From Selaginella moellendorffii (taxonomy: Eukaryota > Plantae > Lycopodiophyta): DNA of 64,000 nt. The notes under the pieces are model-generated. The model saw nothing but the letters and a program-made list of their open reading frames with translations, was not told the origin of the DNA and made no database searches. Shown one piece after another: positions 11,398 through 25,194 of the stretch (position 1 is its first letter; each line of letters starts with the position of its first letter). A program made the translations under genes and the position numbers. The DNA lies in contig NW_003314261.1 in the NCBI RefSeq assembly GCF_000143415.4, positions 1,998,117-2,062,116 of the forward strand, in the 5' to 3' direction.

Positions 11398-11913
11398 TGT
11401 GGGGGGTTCCAAATATATAATAGGGATAGTTGGTAGGTTGGGCATGGCCGACCAACTTGAGGCATAGTCTAGCTCCCGCTTACATGCCTATCTTTATTCT
11501 GCGTTCGGCTTGGGTATAAGCCCAAGCTCCACACCATGCTAGCTGGTGGAGTACCCATGTCCTCGTGTTAAGCTACCTGTATGCTGAAATAGTGTCAGAC
11601 TCTGTTTGGCTCCGGTCTAGGACTGTTCCAAGTTGCTCTATACCCCTGTCCCTTTGATCCTTGGGCTATATGCTCGGGAGTCTTTCTATGCTCCAGTGCC
11701 ATTGCTCCTTGGCTCCATGCTTGGGGGTTTGGCACCATTCCTTCTTTTAGTGGCCCAAGGCCCTGAAACTTGAGTTCCACACCACTGTCCTTTGAACACA
11801 TGGTATGTGACACATGGCATATAACATGTGGCACATGGAGGGTTAGGTTCCGCTTCGTGGTTATCCTATGGTAAATCACCATAGGATAAAGGGTAAAAAG
11901 CATGTGTGCTACA
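11398..11913 (+). repeat. LTR (about 516 bp) shared between copies A1 and A2
   Basis: TG...CA termini. Preceded by a PPT and followed by PBS TGGTATCAGAG (11916-11926, initiator tRNA-Met type). Similar to 20054-20555. Confidence 0.8.
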
Positions 11914-14592
11914 TTTGGTATCAGAGAATACATCTCAGTGAGTACTATCCAATGAGATTGGGCAACTAGTCTTGTTGCATACGCAGAGATGAAAACAATG
12001 ATCCGAGTAGGTACACGCTTGGGTGCAAAGGCTTCGCAATTTTTCCTTGAGTATGGATTTAATTACCTTTTTGTACTGTAATAATATGAGCTTGTTCTTG
12101 GGCTCATAAGATGGATTGAGATGTTCTATTTAGCACGAGTTTGCACTTAGGCTCGTGAGAGAGGCACATAAGCAACTCGAGGTTACACTTTAAGTTGGTA
12201 GGATTAATGTTAGCCTATCGATGGTTCCATGAGTTGTTCCATGTACCGTGGGTAAAAGTAAACCTCCCCAGGGTTTACTATAAGTGACAAATAGGCTGGT
12301 CCATAGTTGTTTAGCATGGCACTAATGGATCCTTCCTAGGAGTGATTATAAGTGAATCAATCAAGACTATAGGGATTAGTCTATTGATTTAAGTAATCAA
12401 TGCCATGCTCTCTTATAAACTTTTCTTAGATTGGACTGAAGGCAGTGCGAAAGCAAGCTTGAGGTTAAACCAAAAAGAGAGTTATTAGGGACGAAGGATC
12501 AAATACGTAAATCATCTTCTCTTCTTGGAGAGATGATTCACAACGATATATGACTTACTGCCCATGTTCAACGATGTGTGACTCTTGTTGTTGTGCAATC
12601 AAGAGTCCCTATCTTGATGCATGTCGGAGATGATGGTCTTACAAATGGTGAGTCATGGTATGGATAGTAATGAAGCGTTAAACCATTTTGTCTATGCTTG
12701 CTATTGAAAACTGGGGTTACAATGCTCAATTCTTTTCTAGAGAACCTTGTTATTTCTCCTTGAGGATCTTGGTGTTGGATTAATTTTGAATTTGGTCAAA
12801 TCAAAAGTGGCATGAGTTTGTCCGTGTTGTGAATAAAAGTTAGTAATGTTGGGTGCTATAAGTCTGTATTGGTGGAGTGTGGTATTTATGTTGCATTTTG
12901 TCGAGTTGAGTAGACACTTGATACTCACATAAACCTTTGTAGTAGTGATATGGGCATTGCTCGTAGTGTTGCTCAATTGATGATCAAGTTATTGTGATAC
13001 TTATATCATTTCCATATAATAATGAGCAATGTGTTTACAAAGTTTCTTGGGTAAACGATGATCAATCCCAAAGTAATTGATAGTGAAGTTCATCTACTTG
13101 CACATAGTAGCATTGTAGTAACTTTGACTAGATTCTCAATAGTGATTTATGATGTGCTAAGCTTATGTTAGTACCTTGTTTCCTTGAGGGTTTGCCCATA
13201 GAAGTGTTGGAAAAAGTTATAAAACTCACTTGCTATAGCTTGTCAATTGATCCGTTAGCACTTGGAGTAAATTGTTGGATGAAGAAGGTGTGTAGTTGAG
13301 ACATTAACATCACTAACACTTGTGTTAATGGAAGTGGCATTGTTGATTCAAGTGATGAAGAGTTTTTCCTTAGAGCTTGATTTTTTATGTCATTTTTTTA
13401 TTAATGTTTGGGCTTCACATTGGATCTTGAAGATGATTGAAGAAGAGTGTTAGTGCAATGTGGATATCTGAAGATGTGGTCTTCGTGATCAAGCTTTAGA
13501 TGTTCATTTTGCATTTTACGGATTTCGGTGTTAGATTTGGAGATATAAGCATGATGTTTGATGCTAAGCATCTANNNNNNNNNNNNNNNNNNNNNNNNNN
13601 NNNNNNNNNNNNNNNNNNNNNNNNNNNNNNNNNNNNNNNNNNNNNNNNNNNNNNNNNNNNNNNNNNNNNNNNNNNNNNNNNNNNNGGATGGAAAATTTTC
13701 CACAAATTTTCTTAGACTTTTCCAATGGCTGATCTATTGATCACTTTGCTCGAAAACCATTCTGTTTTCGTAAGCCAAGTACAAACTAGTGAAGGGGTTG
13801 GAGTTGACTTTGGTTAGCCTAAACCTTAGTAGGTAGTTTGTATGATGCTACTAGAAAGGGATACTAACTTTTGGGGCTAAGCCAATTGAGTTAGATAGAG
13901 TCTGGAGTTAGTGTAAAAAAGTGGTTGTTGCGCTTTTCTTAGAAGGGTGACTCTTGTGCCTTTCTTTTGTAGCATTATGCTCAGTGGCAGGTTGCACCTT
14001 GCATTTTGTTAAGACTCTATGAGAGTAGTGAGTTCTCACTGATCCTAATTTAATCTTGGTGGCCCTGTGCCTTGGCTGAGAATGGTGATATCTAACTTAG
14101 TTATTTGAGGTTGAAATGTTGGTACCTAGATTATAGTTTTGTCTATGAGGAGGTTCTGTACCAATATGAGTCTATCTTATGGCCCTCACTTTAGTTTCGA
14201 TTAAGTATTGATCATGCATAGTTAGCCTCTTCAAAGCATGCTTGGAACTATTGGCTACATATGTTAGTGAGCTTATTGCGGATAAGTTGGATTTGAGTGG
14301 TCATTTAGTTCGTGCTTGTCCATGGGGTATTACATGGGGTATACGTACATGGGGTATTACGTTCATATTGGATAAGTATATAACTTGATGGCACAAGTTT
14401 GGTGTTTGGTTCTTATGAAGGCAAGTTGAAGAGTTATTATTGGTTGCTCTGCAACTAGTGATTGCTCATAGACTTCGTTGAGGACTGTTTGACACTTGCT
14501 TTGCTCAATAATGATTTAACAGTGATAGGCTTGCTTTACCGGATGGTGTTGCGGAAGATCATGTCGTTAGACTTACATGGGTTTTCTGTATT
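11914..14592 (+). mobile_element. Same family, copy A2 internal region, 3'-truncated, with N gap 13575-13685
   Basis: Starts with a PBS and is collinear with 14757-17415. Confidence 0.75.
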
Positions 14593-17500
14593 TGTAGCGC
14601 ATGTGATCATGGGATGCGATTTGGATATACTATCACCATGGATCCTTAGAACCTTGGGGGATAAATGTGGATAAAATAGCCACTAAGGGCTCTCTCATTA
14701 AGCAATTGCCCCTTTTTCAGTTGGCTTAAAGGGAGAGAGATAAGGTGCACTACAGTTGGTATCAGAGTATACATCTCAGCGAGTACTATACAATGAGATT
14801 GGGCAACTAGTTATATTGCATATGCAAAGATGAAAACGATGATCCGAGTGGGTACATGTTTGGGTGCAAAGACTTCGTATTGGTTCCTTGGGTACGGATT
14901 TGGTTACCTTGTACCAAATTATGTGAGCTTGCTCTTGGGCTCATAGGATGGAATAGCTTATTTCGTTTGCATGAGTTTGTGCTTGGGCTCGTAAGTGAGG
15001 CACATTAGCAACTCAAGGTTGCACTTTGAGTTGGCAGGATTAATGTTAGCCTATCAGTGGTTCCATGAGTTGTTCTAGTGATTCCATGAGTTATTCCTTG
15101 TACCATAGGTGAAAGTAAACCTTCCCTGGGTTTGTTCTGAGTGGCAAATAGGCTGGTCTGTAGCTGTTTAGTATGGCACTAGTGGATCCTTCCTAGACAT
15201 GTTTACAAGTGGATCAATCAAGACTGTAAGGATTAGTCTATTGATTCAAGTAATCATTGCTATGCTCTCTCATAAACTTTTCTTAAATTGAATTGAAAGT
15301 AGTGCAAAAGCAAGCTTGAAATTTAGTCAAGGATGAAACTGAAAAGAGAGTCGTCAGGGACGAAAGATCAAACACGTAAATCATTTTCTCTTCTTGGAGG
15401 GATGATTTGCAACGAAGTGTGACTCATTGCTTGTATTCACAATATGCAATCAAGAGTTTCTACTTTGATGCGTGTTGGAAGTGATGGTCTTACAAGTGGT
15501 GAATTATGGGATGGATAGTGGTGAAACGCTAAACCATTTTATCTAGGCTCGCTATTGGAAGACTTGGGTTGCAATGCTCAATTCTTTTCTAGGGAACCTT
15601 GTTATTGCTACTTGAGTAACTTGGTGTTGGATTAGTGTTGAGTTTGGTCGAAAAGAGAGTGGCATGAGCTTGTCCGTGTTATGAACAAAAGTTAGTGGTG
15701 TTGGGTGTTGTAAATCTCTATCGGTGGGGTGTGGCATTTATGTTGCATTTTGTCGAATCGACTTGACACTTGATACTCACATAAACTTTTGAAGTAATGA
15801 CATAGGTGTTGCTCAATTGATGATCAATTCATTGTGATACTTATGTCATATCCATGTGATAATGAGCAATGTGTTTACGAAGTTGCTTGGGGAAACAATG
15901 ATTGACCCCAAAATGGTTGATGGTGAAGCTAGTCTACTTGCACAAAGTAGCATTATAATAGCTTTGACTGGGTTCTTGATGGTGGTCCATTATGTTAAGC
16001 TTAAGTTGGTACCTTGTTTCCTTGAGAGAATGCCCATTGAGGTGTTGGAAAATGGTTGTAGCATCCATTTGCTATAGCTTGTCGAATGATTCGTTAGCAC
16101 TTGGAGTAGATTGTTGGATGGAGAAAATGTATAGTTGGGGCATTGACATCACTAGCATTTGTGTTAATGGGAGTGGCATTGTTATTTCGAGTGATAAGGA
16201 ATTTTCTTTAGACCTTGATTTTCCGTGCCATTTTTCTTGTTAGTGTTTTGGCTTCACATTGGATCTTGAAGGTGATTGAAGAAGAGTGTTAGTGCAATGT
16301 GGATATCCAAAGATGTGGTCTTCGTGATCAAGCCTTGGATGTTCATTTTGCACTTTGCGGATGTCGGTGTTGAATATCAGTTAGATGGGCAAAAGATGTT
16401 TGATGCTTAAGCACATTGATGGATAATGAGAATTTGTGTTGAGCTGAACCTATGTGAAGTAGTAAGTAGGAAAAAGTTGGTTGAGTCTTGAAAGTTTGCA
16501 TTCCTGGATTGAGAGTCATTCATTCTCTATGATGGAAAATTTTCCATAAATTTTCTTAGGCTTTTCTAATAGCTGATTTGTCGGTCACTTTACTCGAAAA
16601 CCATTCTGTTTTCATAAGCCAGTACAAACTAGTGAAAGGGTTTGAGTTGACTTCGGTTAACTTAAACCTTAGTATGTAGTTTGTATAATGCAACCCGAAA
16701 GGGATGTTGACTTTGGGGCTAAGGTAATTGAGTTGGATAGAGTTTGGAGTTAGTGTAGAAAAGTGGCCATTGCACTTTTCTAAGAAAGGTGACTCTTGTG
16801 CCTTTTTTTTATAGCGTTATGCTTGGTGGCAGATTGCACCTTATTTCGTTACACTTTATGAGAGTAGTGAGCTCTCACTGATCTTGACTTAGTCTTGTTG
16901 GCCCTGCTCCTTGGCTAAGGATGGTGATGTCCAATTTAATTGTTTGAGGTTGAGATGTTAGTACCCGTTCTATAGCTTTGTCTATGAGGAGGTTGTGTAC
17001 CAATATAAGTCCATCTCATGGTCTTACTTTAGTTTCAACTAAGTATTGATCATGCATAGCTAGCCTCTTTAAGGCATGTTTAGAGCTATTGTCTAAACGT
17101 ATTAGTGAGTTTATTACAGTTGAGTTAGATTCGAGTAGTCATTTAGTTCATGCCTGTCCATGAACCTTTATCTCGTGCTTGAGGTATTACATTCATGTTA
17201 GACAAGTATATGACCTGATGACAAGAGTTGGTGTTTAGGTCTTATGAAGGTAAGTTGAAAGAGTGATTGTCAGTTGCTTGGCAACTAGTAATTGTTTGTA
17301 GACTTTGTCAAGGACTGTTTGACACTTGCTTCACTCGATGAAGATTTAGCAGTGATGGGTTTGCTTTACCGGATGGTGTTATGGAGGATCGTGTCATTAG
17401 ATTTACATGGGTTTTCCATATTGGCCTATCGACTCTACCTTTATCGATATCATTTGGTTGTGTTTAGTTCGTAGTGTTGGATTTCATTGAGTCTTGAACG

Positions 17501-20500
17501 TGGTGAATCACTCCTTGATGATGTATTATCTGTGACTGAGTATTGTTAGGGGATTGGTCTCGGATACTGAGTAAAGTATCTTTGACCTTGGTTAGCTTAG
17601 TTGCTAGGGAGTTTAGAGTGGTGATTCACTTGTGCTTTCTTTTAGCTTGTTATAGTGTTGATGGCATTGAAGTGATGCCTTGTCGTTGACATTGTTGATA
17701 TTGAGATTCAAGTGAAATGAGATGTCTTTCCTTAAAATTGATATTGAATTTCATTAGTCTTGAAGAAGATAGTGTTAATGATTTGGCTAAAGCTTTGTGT
17801 TATTGGCATTCATGCATTTATTAGTTAACAACTATATTGACGTTCAAATGAACTGAGTGGCAAGTTGAGTTAGTTGTGTCTCGACGAGATTATTTAGTAG
17901 AGGTTGAGCTTTGAGCTTTTCCTTGAAAAGCGATTTAGTCATAAACTATACTAACTCTACAAGCGGAAGAGTTAGTGATTGATATTGAAATGTTTGAATC
18001 CTTGTTGGATTTGAGTTGGGATATATTGATCATTGGTGATTCTTTTTGTACTTACTATGAAGTAAGTTACGTCTTGCTATAGATGGTTTCATGGAGGATC
18101 GTTTGATGATCACTTGTTGAGCATAACTTCGTTGTGTTTGGCTTTTGGATTGATGCAATTATGCTCTTCATTAGCTTTGCATTATGAAGTTTAGCTTGTG
18201 GATATGTTTAGGAGGATATTATGGGTTATACTATAATTTCTTCTTTAGCATTGAAATTAGTTCATGCGAAACTTGTGATCATTGTTAAGCAAAACTTGGC
18301 TATAAGCTTCTTCAAACTTTTGGTTCTTTGGGTTTTATGCTCATTGTTCCATTTGTTATAAGTTGTTGGGGAAGGCATTTTAGCTCTTAGCTTCGATGTT
18401 GAAGTTAGTATTTTGCATTTAGCAATCATTGGTGATGATTGACTATCATCTAGGATAATTGATTATCCTTGTCAAAGGTTTTTCTTGATTATTATTGATA
18501 TAAAATGGTTGCCATTCTTTAGGATGGTGGATTCTTTCTTCGATGATGATTATGCATCTTTCTATTGATAGGATGATTGATGATCTTTCATGATGGTTAG
18601 TTGTTCTCTTTGATGGCTTATGGCTTTTTGCAATACCACATGTTCTTTGTGGTTTGTTTTGAATTGGTCTCTTGGGTTTGAGACATCGATAGGATGTTGC
18701 TGACACTTGCTTAAGTAACTCTGGTTCCTTGGTATTGTTGACCGGGATTTATTCAGATTGACTTGTGCAATGGTTAGTATGACTAAGTGTTTGTTGGTCT
18801 TACCACATTCATTCTGTTTTGTTGATTGTTGCTTGAGTTAGTTTTGATAGATTAAGATGTAATTTCCTTCGGGTGATACATTCGCAAGCACTGTGCTTGT
18901 CGGTTAAGGATACTTTATGTTCTTTGAGTTATCTTTGGTAAGTTGTTTAGCATACTATCTACAATCTTTGGTAGTTAAGTTTTCTCATTGAGTGTACTTG
19001 ATGATATACTTGCTATTGAATTTTGTTGGATGGTGAATCCTATGTTTTCCAATGATAGTGATTTTGGTGGTTCCTATCCTATAATACTGGTTTATCGAAT
19101 GATAACTTACTTAGAATACTTTTATGTTCTACTCTAAGGTATATTCACTGATAATTAAATCTCTAAGATATCATTGTCTATGACTTTGATATAGTCCATA
19201 TATTGATCTTTGAGTTTGGGCCAATATAGGCAGACTGGCTTCGGCACTTCATGTGCATGGTGAAATCTCTAGTCATGGGGTAGCTACTGTCGACTGGTCA
19301 TGTAACCCGCCTCTTTGTCAATGTTCCTTATTCCGTTCAAAAGGAGTGACCATGTAAACAACTCTAACTGCTTGCTTACAGTAGTCTATCTAAACCTTAC
19401 TGATGGGTTTGGTTTCTTTGCTCATGAGGGTTGGGGCCTCTGGCTTCTTTCTCTATATCCTTGCGGGTAGGGGCGTATCACACTTTTGTAGCTGGGTTTA
19501 GGGTTTAGGGTGGTTGACTCTTTCCTTACTACCACGACGGCAGGAGGTCGGTATTGCTGGACCTTTTATCAGCCCCTCTTGTTCAAGTGTTAGTAAACTG
19601 GACTTTGTATCTGTACTTGGCCGGATGAGCATAAGGACAGAATTCCTAAGTGTTTATTTTGCCAAGCATACTTGGCATAGGTTTTTAATTCTTTTTTGCT
19701 CTGTTTTGCACTGGCTTGACAAGAACCCTCGCATATTGAGATTAGTCCCTCAATATTGCTGGATGATAACTTACCATGTCTGCCAAACACCTCTCTATCA
19801 TGCCCTTTGTGTTAGTCTCAATTTGGTCCTAAATGCTATTTATAGAAAGTGTCTAGATTTGCTCATTTAGCATATCTGTGGAATGTAGAGATTATTCTAA
19901 ACACAATGGTATTCGTCCCGTGTCCAAATTCGCAATCTAGGGACATTCCATATTTAGTAAATTTCAAGCTTATCCCAGAGACTAACTCTTGGTACTAAGG
20001 GATGCTTGGGGTGAAAGCCCAAAGGGTGTGTTCCTTAGGGGGGGGGGGGCGGCTATGGAGGATGTCCAAATGTATAGTAAGGATAGTGGGTAAGTCGGGC
20101 ATGGTTGACCAACTTGAGATATAGTCTAGCTCCCGCTTGTGTGCCTGTCCTTGTTTTATGTCTAGCTTAGGTCTAAGCCCAAGATCCATACTATGCTAGC
20201 TGGTGGAATACCCATGTCCTCGTGTTATGCCATTGGTATGCTAAAATAACGCCCAGACTCTGTTTAGCTCTGTTTTGCGTGCTGGTCTTGGCATTGGGAT
20301 GCTGGATACTCTAGAACTATTCCAAGTCGCTCTATGCCCCTATCCCTTTGCTCCTTGGGCTATACACATGGGAGTTGCTCCGTGGTTTGGTTCCTTTGCT
20401 CCTTAGCTTCATGCTTGGGAGTTTGGCACCGTTCCTTCATTTAATGACCCTGGTTCCACACCACTATCCTATAAACACGTGGCATGTGACATGTGGCATA

Positions 20501-20555
20501 TGACATGTGGCACATGGAGGGTTTAGGATAAAGGGTAAAATCCATGTCCACTATA
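14593..20555 (+). mobile_element. Same family, copy B, near full length, non-autonomous
   Basis: 162-bp TGTAGCGCA...TGCACTACA segment (14593-14754), PBS 14757-14767, integrase relic 19514-19870, chromodomain relic at about 19945-19995, poly-G PPT at about 20038-20050, 3' LTR 20054-20555. Confidence 0.75.
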
Positions 20556-20556
20556 C

Positions 20557-23100
20557 ATGCCATCAATGAGGCTAGAATATACTATTTTCTTCCATGGGAT
20601 AGAGAGGCTGGTAAAGATATAGTATATATTGCACACCTAATACAAGAAGGGATATAAAGGAGTTTAGTTAACTACCTCAAAGATGTTTGTAGATAGAAAC
20701 TATGAAAAACTCATTTGCAACTCTAAAACATATTCAAAAGATAGTCCTCAAGGATTTTATTGTAAGCACCCTACTCAATCTAGGCTACAAAAAGACTCAA
20801 TTGGACAAAGCTAGCTTGCAAGAGTTATTACGATGTGTGCAACTTGCAACTAGCCTTAGGAGGTAGGAAAATAATATTACATACTTTTCAATAATACCTC
20901 TCTTATATTTTATTTTATTTAGGATAAAATCTTGAATGTGTGAATCTCTAGAGAGGAAGCTACAGTAAAAACTTGACTCTATCCTTGAACTAAAACGAAC
21001 CTATCCTTTTAAGTTTATCCACAGAAGTTTATTTCGAGATCAAGTCATTAATGAGTAAAAGCACTTCTTTGTCTTCAAAATATCTACCATAAGCCCCACC
21101 TTTGGTGTAGATCTTGTCTTTTAAATGGATATGTCTAGGGTAAGTGACTTTGGTAATGTATGGGTACATTTTGACTCTATGGAGAAGGTATTAAATTGGA
21201 CAATCATGGGAGCTTATATATAATTCAAGGTAATTATTTTTTGTCACTATCTTAAAATGGTTTTAAGCATTACTTTTTTCATAGGCTACGTTCCAACTTA
21301 ACAATTGCAATAGCAAAGTTTAAAGTACAAGACTAGATGGCTTAAGAAATATTTTGGAAGTCCTTCTCTGACATTATATTAAAGCAAACTAGTAAACCTA
21401 CCAACTTTCACAATTTCATGGCAAATGGGGATAGGGTTAATTGGAATGGTGTCTGTGCAGTTTTTGGGAATGGTTAACCTCTAGAAGGTCATAAAAGGAC
21501 TTATGAAATCCATTGGGCTCAAAGCCTAAACCAATACTACTATTTTATCAAGTTAAACTTCTAATTAGCATTTAAGGAGTTGTGCAAATAATGGTAGGCT
21601 GCATTTAAAAAAAACCATGATGTAAAAGCAAATGAGATTTAAATGTGGTAGCATGAAGATGGCCATATGGATGTAAATTGTCTATCACAATTTAAATCAT
21701 GGTTAGAGTGGTGGGAAGTTAAGATGTTCCAATAGGGATATCACTCTTTTCATGTTATTTTCTCTTTTTTTTCTCTCTCTTTTTATTACCTTTTGATTTT
21801 TTTTTTTATTAGGACCAACCACTTGAGGATCTTATATACACCTCAACTATGAATATCTCTGAGAGTAAGCATTGGAGTTGGCATTCCTTTAAGGCAGGGA
21901 AAGGGAATATGAGTTAATATGAAATATGTTTATCAAATTTTATATGTGCTATAGAGTAGTTTTCAAAAGCCTTAGCATTTGAGAAAGGAAGATATATGGG
22001 AATATAATCTTTGGTTGAGATGTTACATAATTAAATGAAGAAGAAAGTGATTCCACCAGCATAAACAGTGGCAACTACAATGGAGGAAATGGTCCGTAGC
22101 ACATCTATAAAGTACACTCTCTGAGCTTCTATTGGTGATATAAAGACCGCCGACTCAAAGCATTGTTTTTCCTTTGCCAATGAAGATGTTGGCACGGACC
22201 TTGGAGTGAAAAGTTTTCATAATTTTAATTTTACTCCAAAACACCACCCCCAGATTGAACCACCTCAAGTGGCAAATGAAAAAAGTGCATCACAATAAGT
22301 TAAAATAACTTACTATAGCGTGGAGTTGAAGCAATGAGCAATTCACCACATGCTAGCAAAATTCAATATAAAGTGTGTGGGGATGCTTCTAAAGGGAAAA
22401 TGCTAAACTTGGATCCATAGTAACAAATTTACTTTTGTTCCAGCCCCATATTTTCTTAGGAAACAAAAACAAGTCAGATTTTCAAGATGGTGTTGGTTGT
22501 ATTGCTACAATACTAATGCCAACCATATGAAGCGGCTTGAAGACACTATAGTGACAAAATTTGATATTACACTTAAAGAATGGCCAATTGCTAGTGGGGT
22601 TACACTCACATCACATGAGATTGAAAACCTTGATAAATTTGGCTTCAGTCTTAAGAAGAAGAAAGTTGAAGATATGAGTGATAGAATTATAACTATTCCT
22701 ATAAAGATGCACAGAAAACTTGCAAGAAAAGGTAAAGTAGTTAAATTTTTTAATACATTTCCAAGCAGCAGTAGAGTAAAATAAACTTAGTTCAATCGCT
22801 TGAGTGTGAGGTTCTCTCTATGAAGTGCATTATTATACTAACAAAGGAGTACATTGTGAAAATAGAAAGTGGAAAATATACAATTGTCATTCAAGACCTT
22901 CCTTCTTCCACATGTCTAGACTTTAAAAACCATGAGGAATATAAGAAGGCATATGCTCCTTGCAAATATATGTACTATATCTTCATCAATATTTTACACT
23001 AAGATCCTAAAGTGGATATTCATATACACTAAACAATCCTTACTATTGCTAAATTATAGAAGACTTTTGGAGCTAACTAGATTTTCCAAAACTATTGATA
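20557..23100 (+). mobile_element. Decayed MULE-like transposase copy with SWIM finger (inverted paralog of the element at 1-1014)
   Basis: Similar to the reverse complement of 1-210. Relic motifs VWVHFDSMEKVLNWTIMGAYIY (about 21158), NFHNFMANGDRVNWNGVCAVFGNG (about 21403) and SWIM-like STCLDF...PCKYMYYIF (22820-23002). Confidence 0.65.
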
Positions 23101-24285
23101 TTTATTCTTTATCAATAATATAAATTTATTATACTTTATATAATTAATGAAAAATCATACTTTTCATTTAATATACTTGCGAGCAATATTGCCCATAATA
23201 CTCGTATGTCTATATTTCTATCTTTACCATTTCAAAAAATATTTCATGATAATCTTTTGGGTGTGTGATGTTGTAATATGTTGCAAGAGCATATATACTA
23301 TCATACTGATCATTGCCATTGTTTCCACTAAAAGCCAGAAAACATATAAGGCATTTTTTGAAAATCATGAAATTGTAGTTTTTTAAAACAAATAAAAATG
23401 TATTCTAGAGAAGAACCAAATTTTTATTTTATATGTAATAAATTGACATCAATAGTTGTTGTTTTTTTCTTTCCAAATGGTTATATAGCCTTACATAGAA
23501 TTTTATTTCAAATTTAATAATTTTAAAATTCGACAAACTTGACATTTACTAGCTAGAAAGCACATAGTATAGATTTACAAAAGTGACAAGAATAATTTTT
23601 TTGCAAACATCTTATTTTATGTTTTAACAAACATCTTTATTATGACATATAGTTAATATTTAAATTGTTAGAACAAGAAGTGTCCTTTAGAACATTTTTA
23701 TCTATATAATATATAGAAAGTTATGAAATTATTAAGTTCACCATAACCTTAATATTTTAAACTTTATAATGTTTATATTAAATTACAATTAAAAATTGAG
23801 CCTAACTCACGAGCTCAAATCTTTAGCTCATGAGCTCAAGAATGGTCTACACTCAAATCAAACACTAGAGCATCTACAAGATAGCTTGAGATATGAAAAT
23901 CCAATACTAGTGAGTGAACAAAAAGCTAAGGATCATGGTGGATACTAGTGCCTAGTTTGCTACTTTAATTTTGGCTCGTCCTACTGTGTTTTTGTAACCA
24001 TGTATAGGAATATCCCTGGATTAAGTAATGTACTATATATTATAGAAAACCAATCAAGATACACCTAGATTAAATAATAGACTATATATTAACAAGCTCA
24101 AAAATTTCATCAAATTTCTTTATTTATCTTAAACCATTACTTACTTTTCATGCTTAATTCGTCTAGCCACGATGATAATACTCTTGACAATAGTTTACAG
24201 AAAAGAGTAAGACAAGCAAAATGTTCTTCACATGATATATTTTATTAAGAATTTCAGGTAATAATCACGATATTTCATTTAATAA

Positions 24286-24850
24286 TTATGGGGCTGGTTT
24301 TCCTTTATCAGGCTCCGGCAGTGGTTTATCACCTGGATTTGGAAGTGGAAGTCGATCTTCTGGTTTTGGAAGTGATACCTCCTTTCCAGGCTCTGGCAAT
24401 GGCTTGGCATGGCCTGGATTTGGAAGTGGTTTCTCTTTGCCAGGCTCCGGCAATGGCTTGGCATCATCTGGATTTGGAAGTGGCTTCTCCTTGCCAGGCT
24501 CTGGCAATGGCTTGGCATCGTCTGGATTTGGAAGTGGCTTCTCCTTCCCAGGCTCTGGCAATGGCTGATCTTCTGGGTTTGGAAGTGGCTCCGCCTTGCC
24601 AGGTTCAGGCAATGGCTGATCTTCTGGGTTTGGAGGTGGCTCTGCCTTGCCAGGCTCAGTCACTGGTCCGTATGAAGGCGGCTGCTCTTCTCCAGGCTCT
24701 GGAAGTGGATCCTCTGGAAGATACAATTGTCAAACTTAATGAACCAAGAGATGTAAGATCATACAATTTACCTTCCAGGCGCCTTCCTCCAGTGGCAAGA
24801 GCCGCATTCACGCCCAGCAAGAACACAAGGAGCACCACTATCATCTTCAT
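24286..24850 (-). CDS. Secreted proline/glutamate/lysine-rich tandem-repeat protein, 168 aa (exons 24850-24772, 24713-24286)
   Basis: Signal peptide MKMIVVLLVFLLGVNAALA followed by GGRRLE. A 58-nt GT-AG intron keeps the frame. PLPEPGKEKPLPNPDDAK-type repeats. TATA-like ctatataaa about 30 bp upstream. Confidence 0.85.
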
Positions 24851-25194
24851 CGCTCTATAAAGGATAGAGTGATCCACATTTATATAGCAAGGGAAAATGG
24901 ATCCTCACATGCACAAAAGAAAGAAAAGTTGGCCTGGCCTGCGTGTTGTATGTGACAAGGTGGCCCTACACTGCACGTTGTTCCTACAGGATTAGGGCGT
25001 ATCTGGCAACTTCACCTATTACGTGGCTAATGACTTGGCAATGTACGGTCAGATAAGCATATTCGCTCTAGGGCTTATAGCTACGGCCATGGCTGCCAGG
25101 GATGGGAATGCGGAGAGCTCGATCGAGAGGTCTGTTTAGCGCGCCACACTGGGATCGATATCTAGGTGGAAGATAGCTCTAGAATTTCTCAATT

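Larger units (their letters stand above)
7060..11913 (+). mobile_element. Degenerate Ty3/Gypsy (chromodomain-type) LTR retroelement derivative, copy A1, 5'-truncated, with N gap 9323-9422
   Basis: Collinear with about 15900-20555. RNaseH relic (FTD..SLRY at about 10095), integrase relic (WQEVGI..., 10833-11036), chromodomain relic (YLV....NSW at about 11300), PPT aaggggtggagga, then an LTR. Confidence 0.7.

Noticed and set aside
9323-13685. ORFs spanning the N runs at 9323-9422 and 13575-13685
   Set aside because: Assembly gaps.
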